From Thermoanaerobaculia bacterium (GTDB taxonomy: Bacteria > Acidobacteriota > Thermoanaerobaculia > Gp7-AA8), in the NCBI GenBank assembly GCA_036009605.1, contig DASYLL010000458.1, positions 8,829-72,828 on the forward strand: a stretch of 64,000 nt of DNA. Direction: 5' to 3'. Each line of letters begins with the position of its first letter. The stretch's first letter is position 1. The position numbers were made by a program, and so were the translations under genes. Below are positions 9,246-18,491 of this stretch, piece by piece. The notes beneath the pieces are model-generated. The model was not told where the DNA came from and searched no databases. It saw nothing but the letters and a program-made list of their open reading frames with translations.

Positions 9246-11927
9246 ATGCCCGCAAAGAAGCGCCCCTCCCTGTTCATCATCGACGGCTCGAACAACGTCT
9301 ACCGCTCCTACTACGCGATCCGCAATCTGACGAACTCGGACGGCATGGCCACGAACGCGGTCTACGGCTTCGTCACCACGCTGCGCAAGCTGCTCAAGGA
9401 TCACGAGCCGGACTGCATCGCCGTCGCGTTCGATGAGGGAAAGGAAACCGCGCGCACCGCTCAGTTCGAGGACTACAAGAAAGATCGCAAGCCGATGCCG
9501 GACGATCTGGTCGTGCAGATCCCGCTCGTCTACGAAGTGCTCGAAGCCTTCCGCATCCCCGTGATCCGCTCCGTCGAATGGGAAGCAGACGACTTCATCG
9601 GATCGCTCGCCTGCAGCGCGCGCGACCGCGGCTACGACGTGGTCATCGCCACCAGCGACAAAGACTTCTTCCAGCTCGTCGGCAACGGCATCAAGCTCTA
9701 CCACACGGGTCGCGAGGTGCTGTACGACGAGAAGGGCGTCGAGGATGCGTTCGGCCTGCCGCCGGAGAAAGTCGTCGACGTGATGGCGATCTGGGGCGAC
9801 GCCATCGACAACATTCCCGGCGTCCCCGGCATCGGCGAGAAGGGCGCGAAGGGGCTGATCCAGCAGTTCGGATCGCTCGACGGCGTCTACGCAGGCCTCG
9901 ATCAGATCAAGAAGGCCGCGCAGCGGAAAACGCTCGAAGAGAACCGCGACAAGGCATACATGTCGCGCGATCTCGCGCAAATCAAATGCGATCTCGATCT
10001 CGAAACGGATTTCGAAGCACTGAAGCGCACGGAGCCCGATCGCGCGAAGCTGCACGAGATCTTCTCGAAGCTCGAGTTCGCGTCGCTGATGCAGGAGTTT
10101 CTGCCCGAGGCGCCGGCGGTGCCGAAGGACTACCGCGTTGCGGAATCCGCGGAGGACATCCGCGACTACACCACCGGCCACCACACCGCCGACAACGCCC
10201 CCATCGGAATCTGGCTCGAGCCCAAGACGATCGACGGCTTCGACGCACCGATGGCCGCATCGATCTCGGTCCGTCCCTCCGACTCGCTCCTCATTCCGCT
10301 CGTCTCCGATCTCGGCTCGTCATCCGAAATGACGGACGCACTGCGCGAGTTGCTCGCATCGCCGCGCGAGTTCGTCACGTATGACGCGAAAGCGCAATCG
10401 CGCCGTCTGCGTGCAGCCGGTCTGCCGGTGCCGTCGCAATGGACCGACGTCATGCTGATGTCGTACGTGATCAACCCCGGCCTGCCGAGTCACGCGCTCG
10501 GCAACATCGTGCGCGACCGTCTCAAGCAGGACGTGCAGGTGCGCAAAGACGTCGCGAAGACGGCCCCGCTCTTCGCCCTCGATCACGAAATCGGCAGCAC
10601 CGCCCTCGGCGCCTACCAGCAATACCTCGGCGAAAAATCGGACGTCACGATCGCGCTGCGCACGATGCTCGAGCCCGAGTTGCGGCGCGACGACGCGCTC
10701 GCCGACATCTACACGCGCATCGAGATGCCGCTCTTCCCGGTGCTGAGCAGCATGGAAGAACGCGGCATCCGCATCGATACCGCGCTGCTGCGCGTGATGT
10801 CGAAGTCGATGGGCGAGCAGCTCGCGGAGCTCGAGACGCGCATCTACGCGGAAGCCGGCACGGAGTTCAACATCAACTCGCCGATGCAGCTCGGGCACAT
10901 CCTGTTCGAGAAGCTCAACTATCCCGTCCTCAAAAAAACGAAGACGACGAAGAACTACTCGACCAACGTCGAAGTGCTCCAGGAGCTCGCGACGCACGGA
11001 TTCGCGGTGCCGCAGCTCATCCTCCAGCATCGCGAGCTGCACAAGCTCAAAGGCACGTATGTCGATGCGTTGCCGCAGCTCGTTGCTTCGGACGGACGCG
11101 TACACACAACGTTCAATCAGGCGGTCGCGGCGACCGGACGCCTCTCATCGTCCGATCCGAACCTGCAGAACATTCCGATCCGCACCCAGCTCGGACGCGA
11201 GATCCGCAAAGCGTTCGTTGCCGATGATGGATCGGTGCTGATCTCGGCCGACTACTCGCAAGTCGAGCTTCGCGTGCTCGCGCACATCTCCGGCGATGAG
11301 TCATTGATCGAGACCTTCGCGCGCGGCGACGACATTCATCGCGCGACCGCGTCGAAGATGTTCAGCATTCCGCCGGAGGAGCTGACGGCGGAGCAGCGGC
11401 GCGCGGCCAAGGTCATCAACTTCGGTGTGCTGTACGGGATGTCGTCGTTCCGTCTGGCGAATGAGCTCGACATCTCGACCGGGCAGGCGAAGGACTGGAT
11501 CGACGCGTACTTCTCGCGCTATCCGAAGATCCAGGAGTACCTCGATCGCACGCTCGTCGAAGCGCGCAACACCGGCAAAGTGACGACGCTGTTCGGCCGC
11601 GTGCGCTACATCCCCGAGATCCACAATCGCTCGTTCACCGTGCGCGGCAACGCCGAGCGCATGGCGACGAACGCGCCGATTCAGGGCACGGCCGCGGACA
11701 TTCTGAAGATGGCGATGATCGCGCTCGAGCGGAAGCTCAACGCGCATTCGTCCGGCGCGCGGATGTTGCTGACGGTGCACGATGAAATCGTGATCGAGGC
11801 GCCGGAGACGAGCGCGGCGGACGTGGCCGGGATTGTGAAAGACACGATGGAGAACGTCTTCCCGCTCGCGGTGCCGCTGGCTGTCGATGCGCACTACGGG
11901 CCGAGATGGTTCGACGCAAAAGAGTGA
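9246..11927 (+). CDS. polA: DNA polymerase I
   Basis: 893 aa with an N-terminal 5'-3' exonuclease domain and a Klenow-like polymerase domain carrying motif A DYSQVELRVLAHISGDE, motif B RRAAKVINFGVLYG and motif C VHDE. Confidence 0.95.
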   Translation: MPAKKRPSLFIIDGSNNVYRSYYAIRNLTNSDGMATNAVYGFVTTLRKLLKDHEPDCIAVAFDEGKETARTAQFEDYKKDRKPMPDDLVVQIPLVYEVLEAFRIPVIRSVEWEADDFIGSLACSARDRGYDVVIATSDKDFFQLVGNGIKLYHTGREVLYDEKGVEDAFGLPPEKVVDVMAIWGDAIDNIPGVPGIGEKGAKGLIQQFGSLDGVYAGLDQIKKAAQRKTLEENRDKAYMSRDLAQIKCDLDLETDFEALKRTEPDRAKLHEIFSKLEFASLMQEFLPEAPAVPKDYRVAESAEDIRDYTTGHHTADNAPIGIWLEPKTIDGFDAPMAASISVRPSDSLLIPLVSDLGSSSEMTDALRELLASPREFVTYDAKAQSRRLRAAGLPVPSQWTDVMLMSYVINPGLPSHALGNIVRDRLKQDVQVRKDVAKTAPLFALDHEIGSTALGAYQQYLGEKSDVTIALRTMLEPELRRDDALADIYTRIEMPLFPVLSSMEERGIRIDTALLRVMSKSMGEQLAELETRIYAEAGTEFNINSPMQLGHILFEKLNYPVLKKTKTTKNYSTNVEVLQELATHGFAVPQLILQHRELHKLKGTYVDALPQLVASDGRVHTTFNQAVAATGRLSSSDPNLQNIPIRTQLGREIRKAFVADDGSVLISADYSQVELRVLAHISGDESLIETFARGDDIHRATASKMFSIPPEELTAEQRRAAKVINFGVLYGMSSFRLANELDISTGQAKDWIDAYFSRYPKIQEYLDRTLVEARNTGKVTTLFGRVRYIPEIHNRSFTVRGNAERMATNAPIQGTAADILKMAMIALERKLNAHSSGARMLLTVHDEIVIEAPETSAADVAGIVKDTMENVFPLAVPLAVDAHYGPRWFDAKE

Positions 11928-11945
11928 GCCGTCTAAGAGAGCGCA

Positions 11946-12053
11946 CCCCTCATCCGCCTTTGGCACCTTCTCCCCTCTGGGAGGGGAGAAGGCCGAGAGT
12001 TGACAGGCCTTCGCCCCGCGTGAGCGGGGAGAAGGTGCCGAAGGCCGATGAGT
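11946..12053. repeat. Palindromic repeat family C copy 1 (nested palindrome around CTTCTCCCCTC..GAGGGGAGAAGG)
   Basis: CCCCTCATCCGCCTTTGGCACCTTCTCCCCTCTGGGAGGGGAGAAGGCCGAGAG plus an inverted second half. A half-copy recurs at 27853. Confidence 0.7.
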
Positions 12054-12862
12054 GGTCTCTCGTTCGCAAAAGTCTGCTCCTGCTGATCGCGATATCCCTC
12101 GCGTGCAAGCCCACTCCTTCCCCCTCGACGACGAAGAAAGCCGCCGCCGGGCCGAACGTGCGCGCGACGGTGATCACGATCCGCACGACCGAAGAACCGG
12201 AGAAGCGCGCCCTTACTCAGACGATCGCCATCGCCGGCGACAAAGCACGCGACACCAGCGAACGCGATGTCTGGCGTCTGTTCGATACGAAAGCGCGAAC
12301 GGTCACGTTCGTCGACGAGATCAATCGTACGGTTCGCACGGAGCCGCTGCAGAAACTGATCGACGAGCGTCGCGCAGAAAACTCGAAGACGCTACCGCCG
12401 CACTATCCGCGCGCGCGCCTGCTCCGCCCCGGAACAACGAAGACGATCCTCGGCGCCCGGGCCGAGTTGTTCGTGATCGAGAGCGGCGCGTACAAGCGCG
12501 AGCTGTGGATCGCGGAGCACCCTGCGATTCCGAGCGGGCTGTTTCCGATGATGCACGCGAGCGAGCCCGCGACGTTGCCGCTCGCACCGATCATGCGCGC
12601 GGTGGACGAAGTGCTCATCGCGGCACGCGGGTTTCCGCTGATCGATCACGCGGAGGTGCCGTTCGCGAAGAGCACGCTCGTGATCGATCGCGTCGTCGTC
12701 GAAGTCGGGCCGAAGGATGTGCCGGCGTCGCTGTTCGAAGTGCCGACTTACTCCAGGACCGCGACGCCCCAGTTGTCCGGATCGAACGTGTACTCGCGAT
12801 CCGTGAAGCCACGTGCGAGCTGGGCTTCCGCACAATCATCCTCGACACTGCCGGGCCAGTAG
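12035..12862 (+). CDS. Hypothetical lipoprotein
   Basis: Start proposed at the in-frame GTG at 12035 inside repeat C1, giving MPKADEWSLVRKSLLLLIAISLAC with lipobox LAC. The ORF-track start at 11906 would overlap polA and read through the repeat. The low-complexity C-terminus overlaps the convergent gene. Confidence 0.45.
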   Translation: MPKADEWSLVRKSLLLLIAISLACKPTPSPSTTKKAAAGPNVRATVITIRTTEEPEKRALTQTIAIAGDKARDTSERDVWRLFDTKARTVTFVDEINRTVRTEPLQKLIDERRAENSKTLPPHYPRARLLRPGTTKTILGARAELFVIESGAYKRELWIAEHPAIPSGLFPMMHASEPATLPLAPIMRAVDEVLIAARGFPLIDHAEVPFAKSTLVIDRVVVEVGPKDVPASLFEVPTYSRTATPQLSGSNVYSRSVKPRASWASAQSSSTLPGQ

Positions 12863-13422
12863 AAAAGCTTCTCCTGCTGCCGCGTGAACGACATGAAGCC
12901 GATGACGATCGGGACTTCTTTGTGTCCGCGGATCGGGATCTGGTACTCGCGCTCCGGCGACGCCGCATGGCTCGTGGTCGCAAACCAGCCGTCGGTCGCG
13001 AGCATCTTCTTGCGATCTTCCATCGCGGCCGGGCTGTCGCCGGTGTCGCGATTCGTAAAGGTGAAACCGCGCGTCAGGGTCCACTTCTTGTTCTCTCCCT
13101 GCTCGAACGCGGCGGTACCGAGCGCGGCCGACGCGTGCAGCACGCGCACGCCGGTCTTGCCCTTCACGCAGACGCTGCCGATTCCGGCTTTGGCACCGAC
13201 CAGGCCGATGTAGAGATAGTTGCCGTCGTGCATCAGCAGGGCGTGGCCCTGATTGTTGCCAAGGACGACGCGCGTCGCGGCTTTCCACTCGTTGTTACTG
13301 ACCTTGCCGTCGATGACAGGCGCGTCTGCAACACGAGGCACGCTGATACGGTTCTCCGCCTCTTCGGCGGAAAGGAGAAGCGAAAGCGAGAGAGCAGCGA
13401 GAAGGGCGATCGATCGATGCAT
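12748..13422 (-). CDS. Secreted hypothetical protein
   Basis: Signal peptide MHRSIALLAALSLSLLLSAEEA. The C-terminal FDPDNWGVAVLE looks coherent. It overlaps the preceding gene convergently by about 115 bp. Confidence 0.55.
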   Translation of the reverse strand: MHRSIALLAALSLSLLLSAEEAENRISVPRVADAPVIDGKVSNNEWKAATRVVLGNNQGHALLMHDGNYLYIGLVGAKAGIGSVCVKGKTGVRVLHASAALGTAAFEQGENKKWTLTRGFTFTNRDTGDSPAAMEDRKKMLATDGWFATTSHAASPEREYQIPIRGHKEVPIVIGFMSFTRQQEKLFYWPGSVEDDCAEAQLARGFTDREYTFDPDNWGVAVLE

Positions 13423-13430
13423 AGGTTTTG

Positions 13431-15308
13431 TCAGAGTACCAAGCGGGTATCACCGATTCGTTTCGTGGCGCCGTCCTGATCGAAAAACTCCAGTAACGGT
13501 ATCGCCACCTTGCGGGAGATCCCGAAGAGGTCTTTGAACTGCCCAACGTCGATCGTCTGCCCTTTCTTCTCGGCGAGCTTCGCTTTTGCGGCCGCGACCG
13601 TATCGCGATGCAGGTAGATGCCGTCGGCGAGACGGATCAGCGCGCCCTGTTTGATGAGGTACGCGATCATCCCTTCGATCATTTTCGGCTTCTGCGGAAT
13701 GGCTCTGATGAGCTGGGAAGTCGCCGGCGTCTGCAGTCCCGCCTCAGCAAATTTCAGTTCGATCTCGCGCGCCAGCTGCCCCTCGGTACCGCCGAGCGTC
13801 TTCGAGCGCCCGGGGATGTCGAGCGCGTCGCCCTGCACGACCGCGATCCGTTCTTTCGCCAGATCATTGAGGAGGAAGTTCACCGGCGCGCCTTCAGGGA
13901 TGAGCTTCTGCACGAATTCGCCTTTCGGAACGTTGGTCGCCATCCTGTTCGCTTTGAAGTAGCCGTCGAGCAGCTCCATACTGCGGCGGCGGAAGTCGGC
14001 GAGCACGTCGCTGTGCAGGAACGTGGAGCCCGTACGGGCGACGTTCGGGACGTTCTTCAGTTCTTTCGTCAGTGTCTCGATGCGAATGCCGGTGCGTGTC
14101 TGGATTTCTTCGATCGTGATGCCGTGCAGTCCCTGCAGTTTCGCGGTCAGCTCGACGCGCTCGGGCAGCGTCCCGTTCGCGAGCGTTTCGAGAATCTCGC
14201 GACGCGTGCCGCGACTGAGCTTGCCGAGGTGCGGATCGAGGATCACGCCCCCGCCGATGGTCGTGGCGGGTGAGTAGCGGCGGATCACGAAACGATCGCC
14301 GGCGGCCGCGACGACCGGCGCTTCGAGCCGCACCTGCGCGAACGCGCTCCCGCCGCCTTTGATCTCGCCGCCGGTTTGATCGACGAAACGGATCGTGCCG
14401 AGGAGCTCGGCGGAGAGATGGTGGAAGCGGATGCGCGTCTGCTCTTTGAGAGGCTTCGCGTCCGGCAACAGCTCGAGCTTCACGGTGATGATCTGCGACG
14501 GACGCAGCGTGTTCGGATGCAGCACCTGTTGTCCGCGATGCAGCTCGTCGAGTGGAACGTCGGCGAGATTCATCGACGTGCGCTCGCCTGCCGAGGCTTC
14601 CTCGCGCGGTTCGTTGTGGACCTGGACGCCGCGCGCGCGACTCTGTTTCTCGCCAGGCAGCACTTCCACGTCATCATCGACGCGAACGTGGCCCGAGTAC
14701 GTCGTGCCCGTGATCACCGAGCCGAAACCTTTCATCGTGAACACGCGATCGATCGGCAGACGGAACACGCGTTTGGTCGCATCGCGATCATCGACGCTCG
14801 CGACCGATTGCAGAATCGCGGCGCGCAAGTCATCGAGTCCCGCGCCCGTCGTGCTGCTCACCGGCACGATCGGTTTGCCTTCGAGGAAACTGCCGGCGAC
14901 GAGCTCTTCGACTTCGAGTCGCACGAGCTCGAGGATGTCGCGTTCGACGAGATCGCTCTTCGTCAGCGCGACGAGTCCCGTGGGGATGCCGAGGAGCTTG
15001 CAGATCGCGAAGTGTTCGCGCGTTTGCGGCTTGATCGATTCATCCGCGGCAATGACAAGTAGCGCGGAATCGATCCCACCGATGCCGGCCAGCATGTTCT
15101 TCACGAAACGCTCGTGGCCGGGAACGTCGACGAAACCGATCTGATAGTCGTCAGTGAACCAGCTCGCGAATCCGAGGTCGATGGTGATGCCGCGGCGCTT
15201 CTCTTCGGGGAGGCGGTCGGTGTCGATGCCGGTGAGTGCGCGGACGAGGGACGTCTTGCCGTGATCGATGTGGCCGGCCGTGCCGATCACGCGTTTCTTG
15301 CGGGTCAT
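13431..15308 (-). CDS. selB: Selenocysteine-specific translation elongation factor
   Basis: 625 aa with an EF-Tu-like GTPase N-terminus ([22 protein letters not shown]) and the long C-terminal extension typical of SelB. Confidence 0.8.
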   Translation of the reverse strand: MTRKKRVIGTAGHIDHGKTSLVRALTGIDTDRLPEEKRRGITIDLGFASWFTDDYQIGFVDVPGHERFVKNMLAGIGGIDSALLVIAADESIKPQTREHFAICKLLGIPTGLVALTKSDLVERDILELVRLEVEELVAGSFLEGKPIVPVSSTTGAGLDDLRAAILQSVASVDDRDATKRVFRLPIDRVFTMKGFGSVITGTTYSGHVRVDDDVEVLPGEKQSRARGVQVHNEPREEASAGERTSMNLADVPLDELHRGQQVLHPNTLRPSQIITVKLELLPDAKPLKEQTRIRFHHLSAELLGTIRFVDQTGGEIKGGGSAFAQVRLEAPVVAAAGDRFVIRRYSPATTIGGGVILDPHLGKLSRGTRREILETLANGTLPERVELTAKLQGLHGITIEEIQTRTGIRIETLTKELKNVPNVARTGSTFLHSDVLADFRRRSMELLDGYFKANRMATNVPKGEFVQKLIPEGAPVNFLLNDLAKERIAVVQGDALDIPGRSKTLGGTEGQLAREIELKFAEAGLQTPATSQLIRAIPQKPKMIEGMIAYLIKQGALIRLADGIYLHRDTVAAAKAKLAEKKGQTIDVGQFKDLFGISRKVAIPLLEFFDQDGATKRIGDTRLVL

Positions 15309-15331
15309 TCGCGCGAATCGTACCCTTCATG

Positions 15332-15416
15332 GAGAGTCTTAGAGGTTTAGAGTCGTAGAGTCTTAGAGGAGAAGCCTGTCCAACCGACCCTCTACGACTC
15401 TAAGACTCTAAGGCTC
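15332..15416. repeat. Palindromic repeat family B copy 2 (tandem TAGAGTC/GAGTCTTAGAG units)
   Basis: GAGAGTCTTAGAGGTTTAGAGTCGTAGAGTCTTAGAGG ... CCTCTACGACTCTAAGACTCTAAGGCTC, filling the divergent selB/hydrolase intergenic region. It is related to copy B1. Confidence 0.7.
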
Positions 15417-16250
15417 ATGCATATTCGCGAAGTAACCCTCCAAACGTCCGACGGCCTCACCCTCCGAGGCACGCACTACGACGCGTCCTCCGATTCCGTC
15501 CTCCTGATCGCCTCCGCCCTCGGCGTGAAGCGCCGTTACTACGACGCGTTCGCGCAGCGAATCGCGGAGAGCGGACGCAGCGTTGTCACGTTCGACTATC
15601 GCGGCATCGGCGACTCGCGTCCGAAATCACTGCGCAGCTTCGACGGCACGATGGAGGAGTGGGGGCGGCTCGACATCACGGCGGCGATCGAATGGGTCTC
15701 GTCCGAACTGCGGCCGAAGACGCTCGCGTATGTCGGGCACAGTTGCGGCGGTCAACTCCTCGGCCTCGCGCCGAATGCACCGCGCGTCGATCAGATCATC
15801 TTCACGTCCGCGCAGAGCGGCTATTGGCGTCACTGGCCGGGCTCGAGCAAATATCGGCTCGGCGCGTTATGGGTGACGATGCCGCTCGTTGCCTCCGTCA
15901 TCGGATACTTTCCTTCGAAAGTTCTCGGCCTCGGCAGCGAAGATCTGCCGCGCCGCGTCGCCGTGGAATGGGCGCGCTGGGGTCGCCATCCCGAATATAT
16001 CTTCGGCTACCACGATCCCGCTCCGTACGCGCGCATCACCGCCCCGCTTCTCGGATGGAGTTTCGTCGACGACACCTATGCGCCGAAAGCCGCGGTCGAC
16101 GCGCTGCTCGCTCACTACAGCAGCGCGGACATCACGCGCCGCCACACGGACGCGCCCGGCATCGGACATTTCGGTTTCTTCCGCCGCGGCAAAGGCGAAC
16201 GTCTCTGGGACGAAGCCGTGACGTGGCTCGCCGCGCGAACGGTGCGATAA
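15417..16250 (+). CDS. Alpha/beta-fold hydrolase
   Basis: GHSCGG nucleophile elbow; 277 aa. Confidence 0.75.
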   Translation: MHIREVTLQTSDGLTLRGTHYDASSDSVLLIASALGVKRRYYDAFAQRIAESGRSVVTFDYRGIGDSRPKSLRSFDGTMEEWGRLDITAAIEWVSSELRPKTLAYVGHSCGGQLLGLAPNAPRVDQIIFTSAQSGYWRHWPGSSKYRLGALWVTMPLVASVIGYFPSKVLGLGSEDLPRRVAVEWARWGRHPEYIFGYHDPAPYARITAPLLGWSFVDDTYAPKAAVDALLAHYSSADITRRHTDAPGIGHFGFFRRGKGERLWDEAVTWLAARTVR

Positions 16251-16283
16251 TCGGACATCCCTCGCGCAGGAAGGGATTCCGTC

Positions 16284-16973
16284 ATGGCGTTCGTCGTGCG
16301 TGCATTTCCCGTTCGTGATCGAAGCGGAGTTGACGCATTCCTCCGAGCGCTCAGCGACCGCGAGACCGAGGCACGCGCCTTCTACAACGACCTCGGCGTC
16401 CGCCGCGAGACGTGGTTCTACCAGAAGAAATCGGACGGCAACGGGTACGTGATCGGCGTGACCGACGTCGCCGAGCCGATCGAGTCGAAGGCCGCGCAGT
16501 ATGCCGAAGCGTCCGATCCGTTCTCGAACTGGTTCAAGGCGCACATCTACGCGCTCTCCGGCATCGATCCCGACGTCGTGCCGCTCGGTCCGGTGACCGA
16601 GATCGTGCACGACTCGACCAACGGAAGCCTGCCGTTGAGTGCAACGCTGATCGTGCGCGCGTATCCGCTGCGCGATCGACCGACACTCGAAAAGTTTCTC
16701 GGCGAACTGCGCGCGCGACCGGAAGAAACGCGCGACTTCTACGATCGACATCAGGCAGAGGAAGCGTGGTTCGTGCAGAACACGGAGGAAGGTCCGATCG
16801 TGATCGCGGTACTGGCGACCGATGACCCGGTACGCGCGGCGAAGACGTACGCTGAATCAACGACTCCGTTCGATGTGTGGTTCAAGCAGCGCGTGATCGA
16901 GCTCTCGGGCGTTGACCCGAATCGCACGCCGCTCGGACCGCCGAGCGAGAAGATCTTCGAGTTCACTGCATGA
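16284..16973 (+). CDS. Hypothetical protein made of two tandem ~110 aa homologous domains
   Basis: Internal duplication: VVRAFPVRDRSGVDAFL...ETWFYQ...DPFSNWFKAHIYALSGIDPDVVPLGP against IVRAYPLRDRPTLEKFL...EAWFVQ...TPFDVWFKQRVIELSGVDPNRTPLGP. Confidence 0.6.
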   Translation: MAFVVRAFPVRDRSGVDAFLRALSDRETEARAFYNDLGVRRETWFYQKKSDGNGYVIGVTDVAEPIESKAAQYAEASDPFSNWFKAHIYALSGIDPDVVPLGPVTEIVHDSTNGSLPLSATLIVRAYPLRDRPTLEKFLGELRARPEETRDFYDRHQAEEAWFVQNTEEGPIVIAVLATDDPVRAAKTYAESTTPFDVWFKQRVIELSGVDPNRTPLGPPSEKIFEFTA

Positions 16974-17808
16974 GGCGGTCGCCGTAAACCTCTTTCAATT
17001 GGGGCGGGAGCCTGCCACCCAATCCGAGGGATTGTCTGAGATCGCCGGCGTTGACGATGCCCTGTCCGCGGAAGTGATTGTTCGTGATGACGAACACGTC
17101 GCGACTCTTCGCCATCGTCTCGATCCGCTCGACCCACGGCTCGAGCTCTTCCTGCGGATAGAGATAGTTGTAGCGCTCCCATGACTCCTCGTGTGCGAAC
17201 CACTTCTCATAGTTGCGCCCGTGGAATCGCACGTACGCGAGCGGTCCCGTCGCGGCATCCGCGGGCTTCACGGAATCGTTGAAGAGCGGCTGATCGACAT
17301 TCACCCACGACACCTCGTGCTCTTCCAGAAACTCGACGAACGGCTTGTTCTGAAACGACGCGTGACGCACTTCGAGCGCTTTCGGATACGCGTCGAATGC
17401 AGCGAAAAGCGCCGCGAGCTTTTCCATCGATTCCGGAGCGTTCTTGAAGCTCCATGGAAACTGCAGCAGGATCGCGCCGAGTCGGTTGGCTTCCATGAGT
17501 GGATCGAGATACTCGCGGAACGCTTTCACGTCGGCCTCGGCAAGCTCGGCTTTCTCGTGTGTGAAGCCGCGAAAGATCTTCGACGTGAATGTGAACTCGG
17601 GATGATCGGCAACGCGACGGACCCAGCTCTTTGCGTGCGTCGGCGGCGGGATTCGATAGAACGGCGAGTTGATCTCGATCGTGTCGAAGAACGACGCGAG
17701 ATAGGCGAGATGATCGAACTTCGAGCCGTGCGGCGGATAGACGACCTTCTCCCAATCGGGGTAGCTCCAGCCTGCGGGACCGACGCGGATTTTGTGCATG
17801 TCGTTCAA
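16963..17808 (-). CDS. DUF72 family protein (YecE-like)
   Basis: Has the GPAGWSYPDW N-terminal signature of DUF72; 281 aa. Confidence 0.8.
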   Translation of the reverse strand: MNDMHKIRVGPAGWSYPDWEKVVYPPHGSKFDHLAYLASFFDTIEINSPFYRIPPPTHAKSWVRRVADHPEFTFTSKIFRGFTHEKAELAEADVKAFREYLDPLMEANRLGAILLQFPWSFKNAPESMEKLAALFAAFDAYPKALEVRHASFQNKPFVEFLEEHEVSWVNVDQPLFNDSVKPADAATGPLAYVRFHGRNYEKWFAHEESWERYNYLYPQEELEPWVERIETMAKSRDVFVITNNHFRGQGIVNAGDLRQSLGLGGRLPPQLKEVYGDRLMQ

Positions 17809-18092
17809 TGGTCAACCTCTTGACGATCTTATTTTGAGTTACCTCTTTCCGCGTTGCCTTCCCTCGTAAACCTATGCTAAAAGGCCTGACATCGGGATCA
17901 ATGTGAACACTCCACATCGGACAGCGGCGTTCGTTGGGGAGAAATTGTTTCTCGAAGTTCGGAAGGGGGTCGATTCCTGGTTCCTGTTGTAAACCATCAA
18001 CAGCGGGGTAGTGTCGCGGCCCCCCGCACGCGCCTTGGACGTCGCGGCAACAAAGTCATTCACGCAACAATCGCTTAGGAGATCAAGGTTTC

Positions 18093-18416
18093 ATGGACAC
18101 ATTCAACGACAAGTCCCTCAACTGCGCAGACTGCGGCCAGGAGTTCATCTTCAGCCGGAATGAACAGGCCTTTTATGCAGAGCGCGGATTCACGAACGAA
18201 CCGAAGCGTTGCAAGAACTGCCGCGACAAGAGAAAGACCTCCCGTGACGGCAATGGCGGCGGCGAAGGCCGCTCGCGCCAGATGGTGAGCGTCACCTGCG
18301 ACAGCTGCGGCGTCCCGACCGAAGTGCCGTTCACCCCGGTCAGCGGAAAGCCCGTCTACTGCCGCGAGTGCTACAACCAGCGCCGCTCGAACAGCCGCAG
18401 CTCGAGCTGGGCGTAA
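18093..18416 (+). CDS. Double zinc-ribbon protein (two CxxC-x17-CxxC modules)
   Basis: Zinc-ribbon pairs CADCG...CKNC and CDSCG...CREC. A good AGGAG RBS lies 9 nt upstream, and a 280 bp low-GC leader region precedes it. Confidence 0.65.
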   Translation: MDTFNDKSLNCADCGQEFIFSRNEQAFYAERGFTNEPKRCKNCRDKRKTSRDGNGGGEGRSRQMVSVTCDSCGVPTEVPFTPVSGKPVYCRECYNQRRSNSRSSSWA

Positions 18417-18491
18417 AGCACACACCCCACACCCCCGTCCCCCCACGAACTTTCTCGGCCGGCGTACCGCCGGCCGTTTCGTTTTTGAGGC

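Noticed and set aside
9075-10184. 369 aa minus-strand ORF (and similar long antisense ORFs at 18075-19553, 19668-20729, 25396-26709, 38522-39607, 39697-41037, 43700-45793, 46762-48405 and 49776-51263)
   Set aside because: Each lies opposite a confidently identified conserved gene (polA, cysK, the transsulfuration gene, ppdK, sufD, sufS, the P-domain protein, the membrane protein, the MCE gene). The products are Arg/His/Asp-rich without motifs. They are stop-codon-poor antisense frames of a high-GC genome.
11906-12034. Track-annotated start of the lipoprotein ORF at 11906, overlapping the polA 3' end
   Set aside because: The 5' 43 codons read through the polA stop region and repeat C1 (Arg/Pro-rich, no Met at a sensible position). 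The GTG at 12035 gives a textbook lipoprotein signal peptide instead.
17207-17917. 236 aa minus-strand ORF
   Set aside because: It overlaps the well-supported DUF72 gene on the same strand in a different frame and has an Arg/Ser-rich composition. It is a spurious frame.
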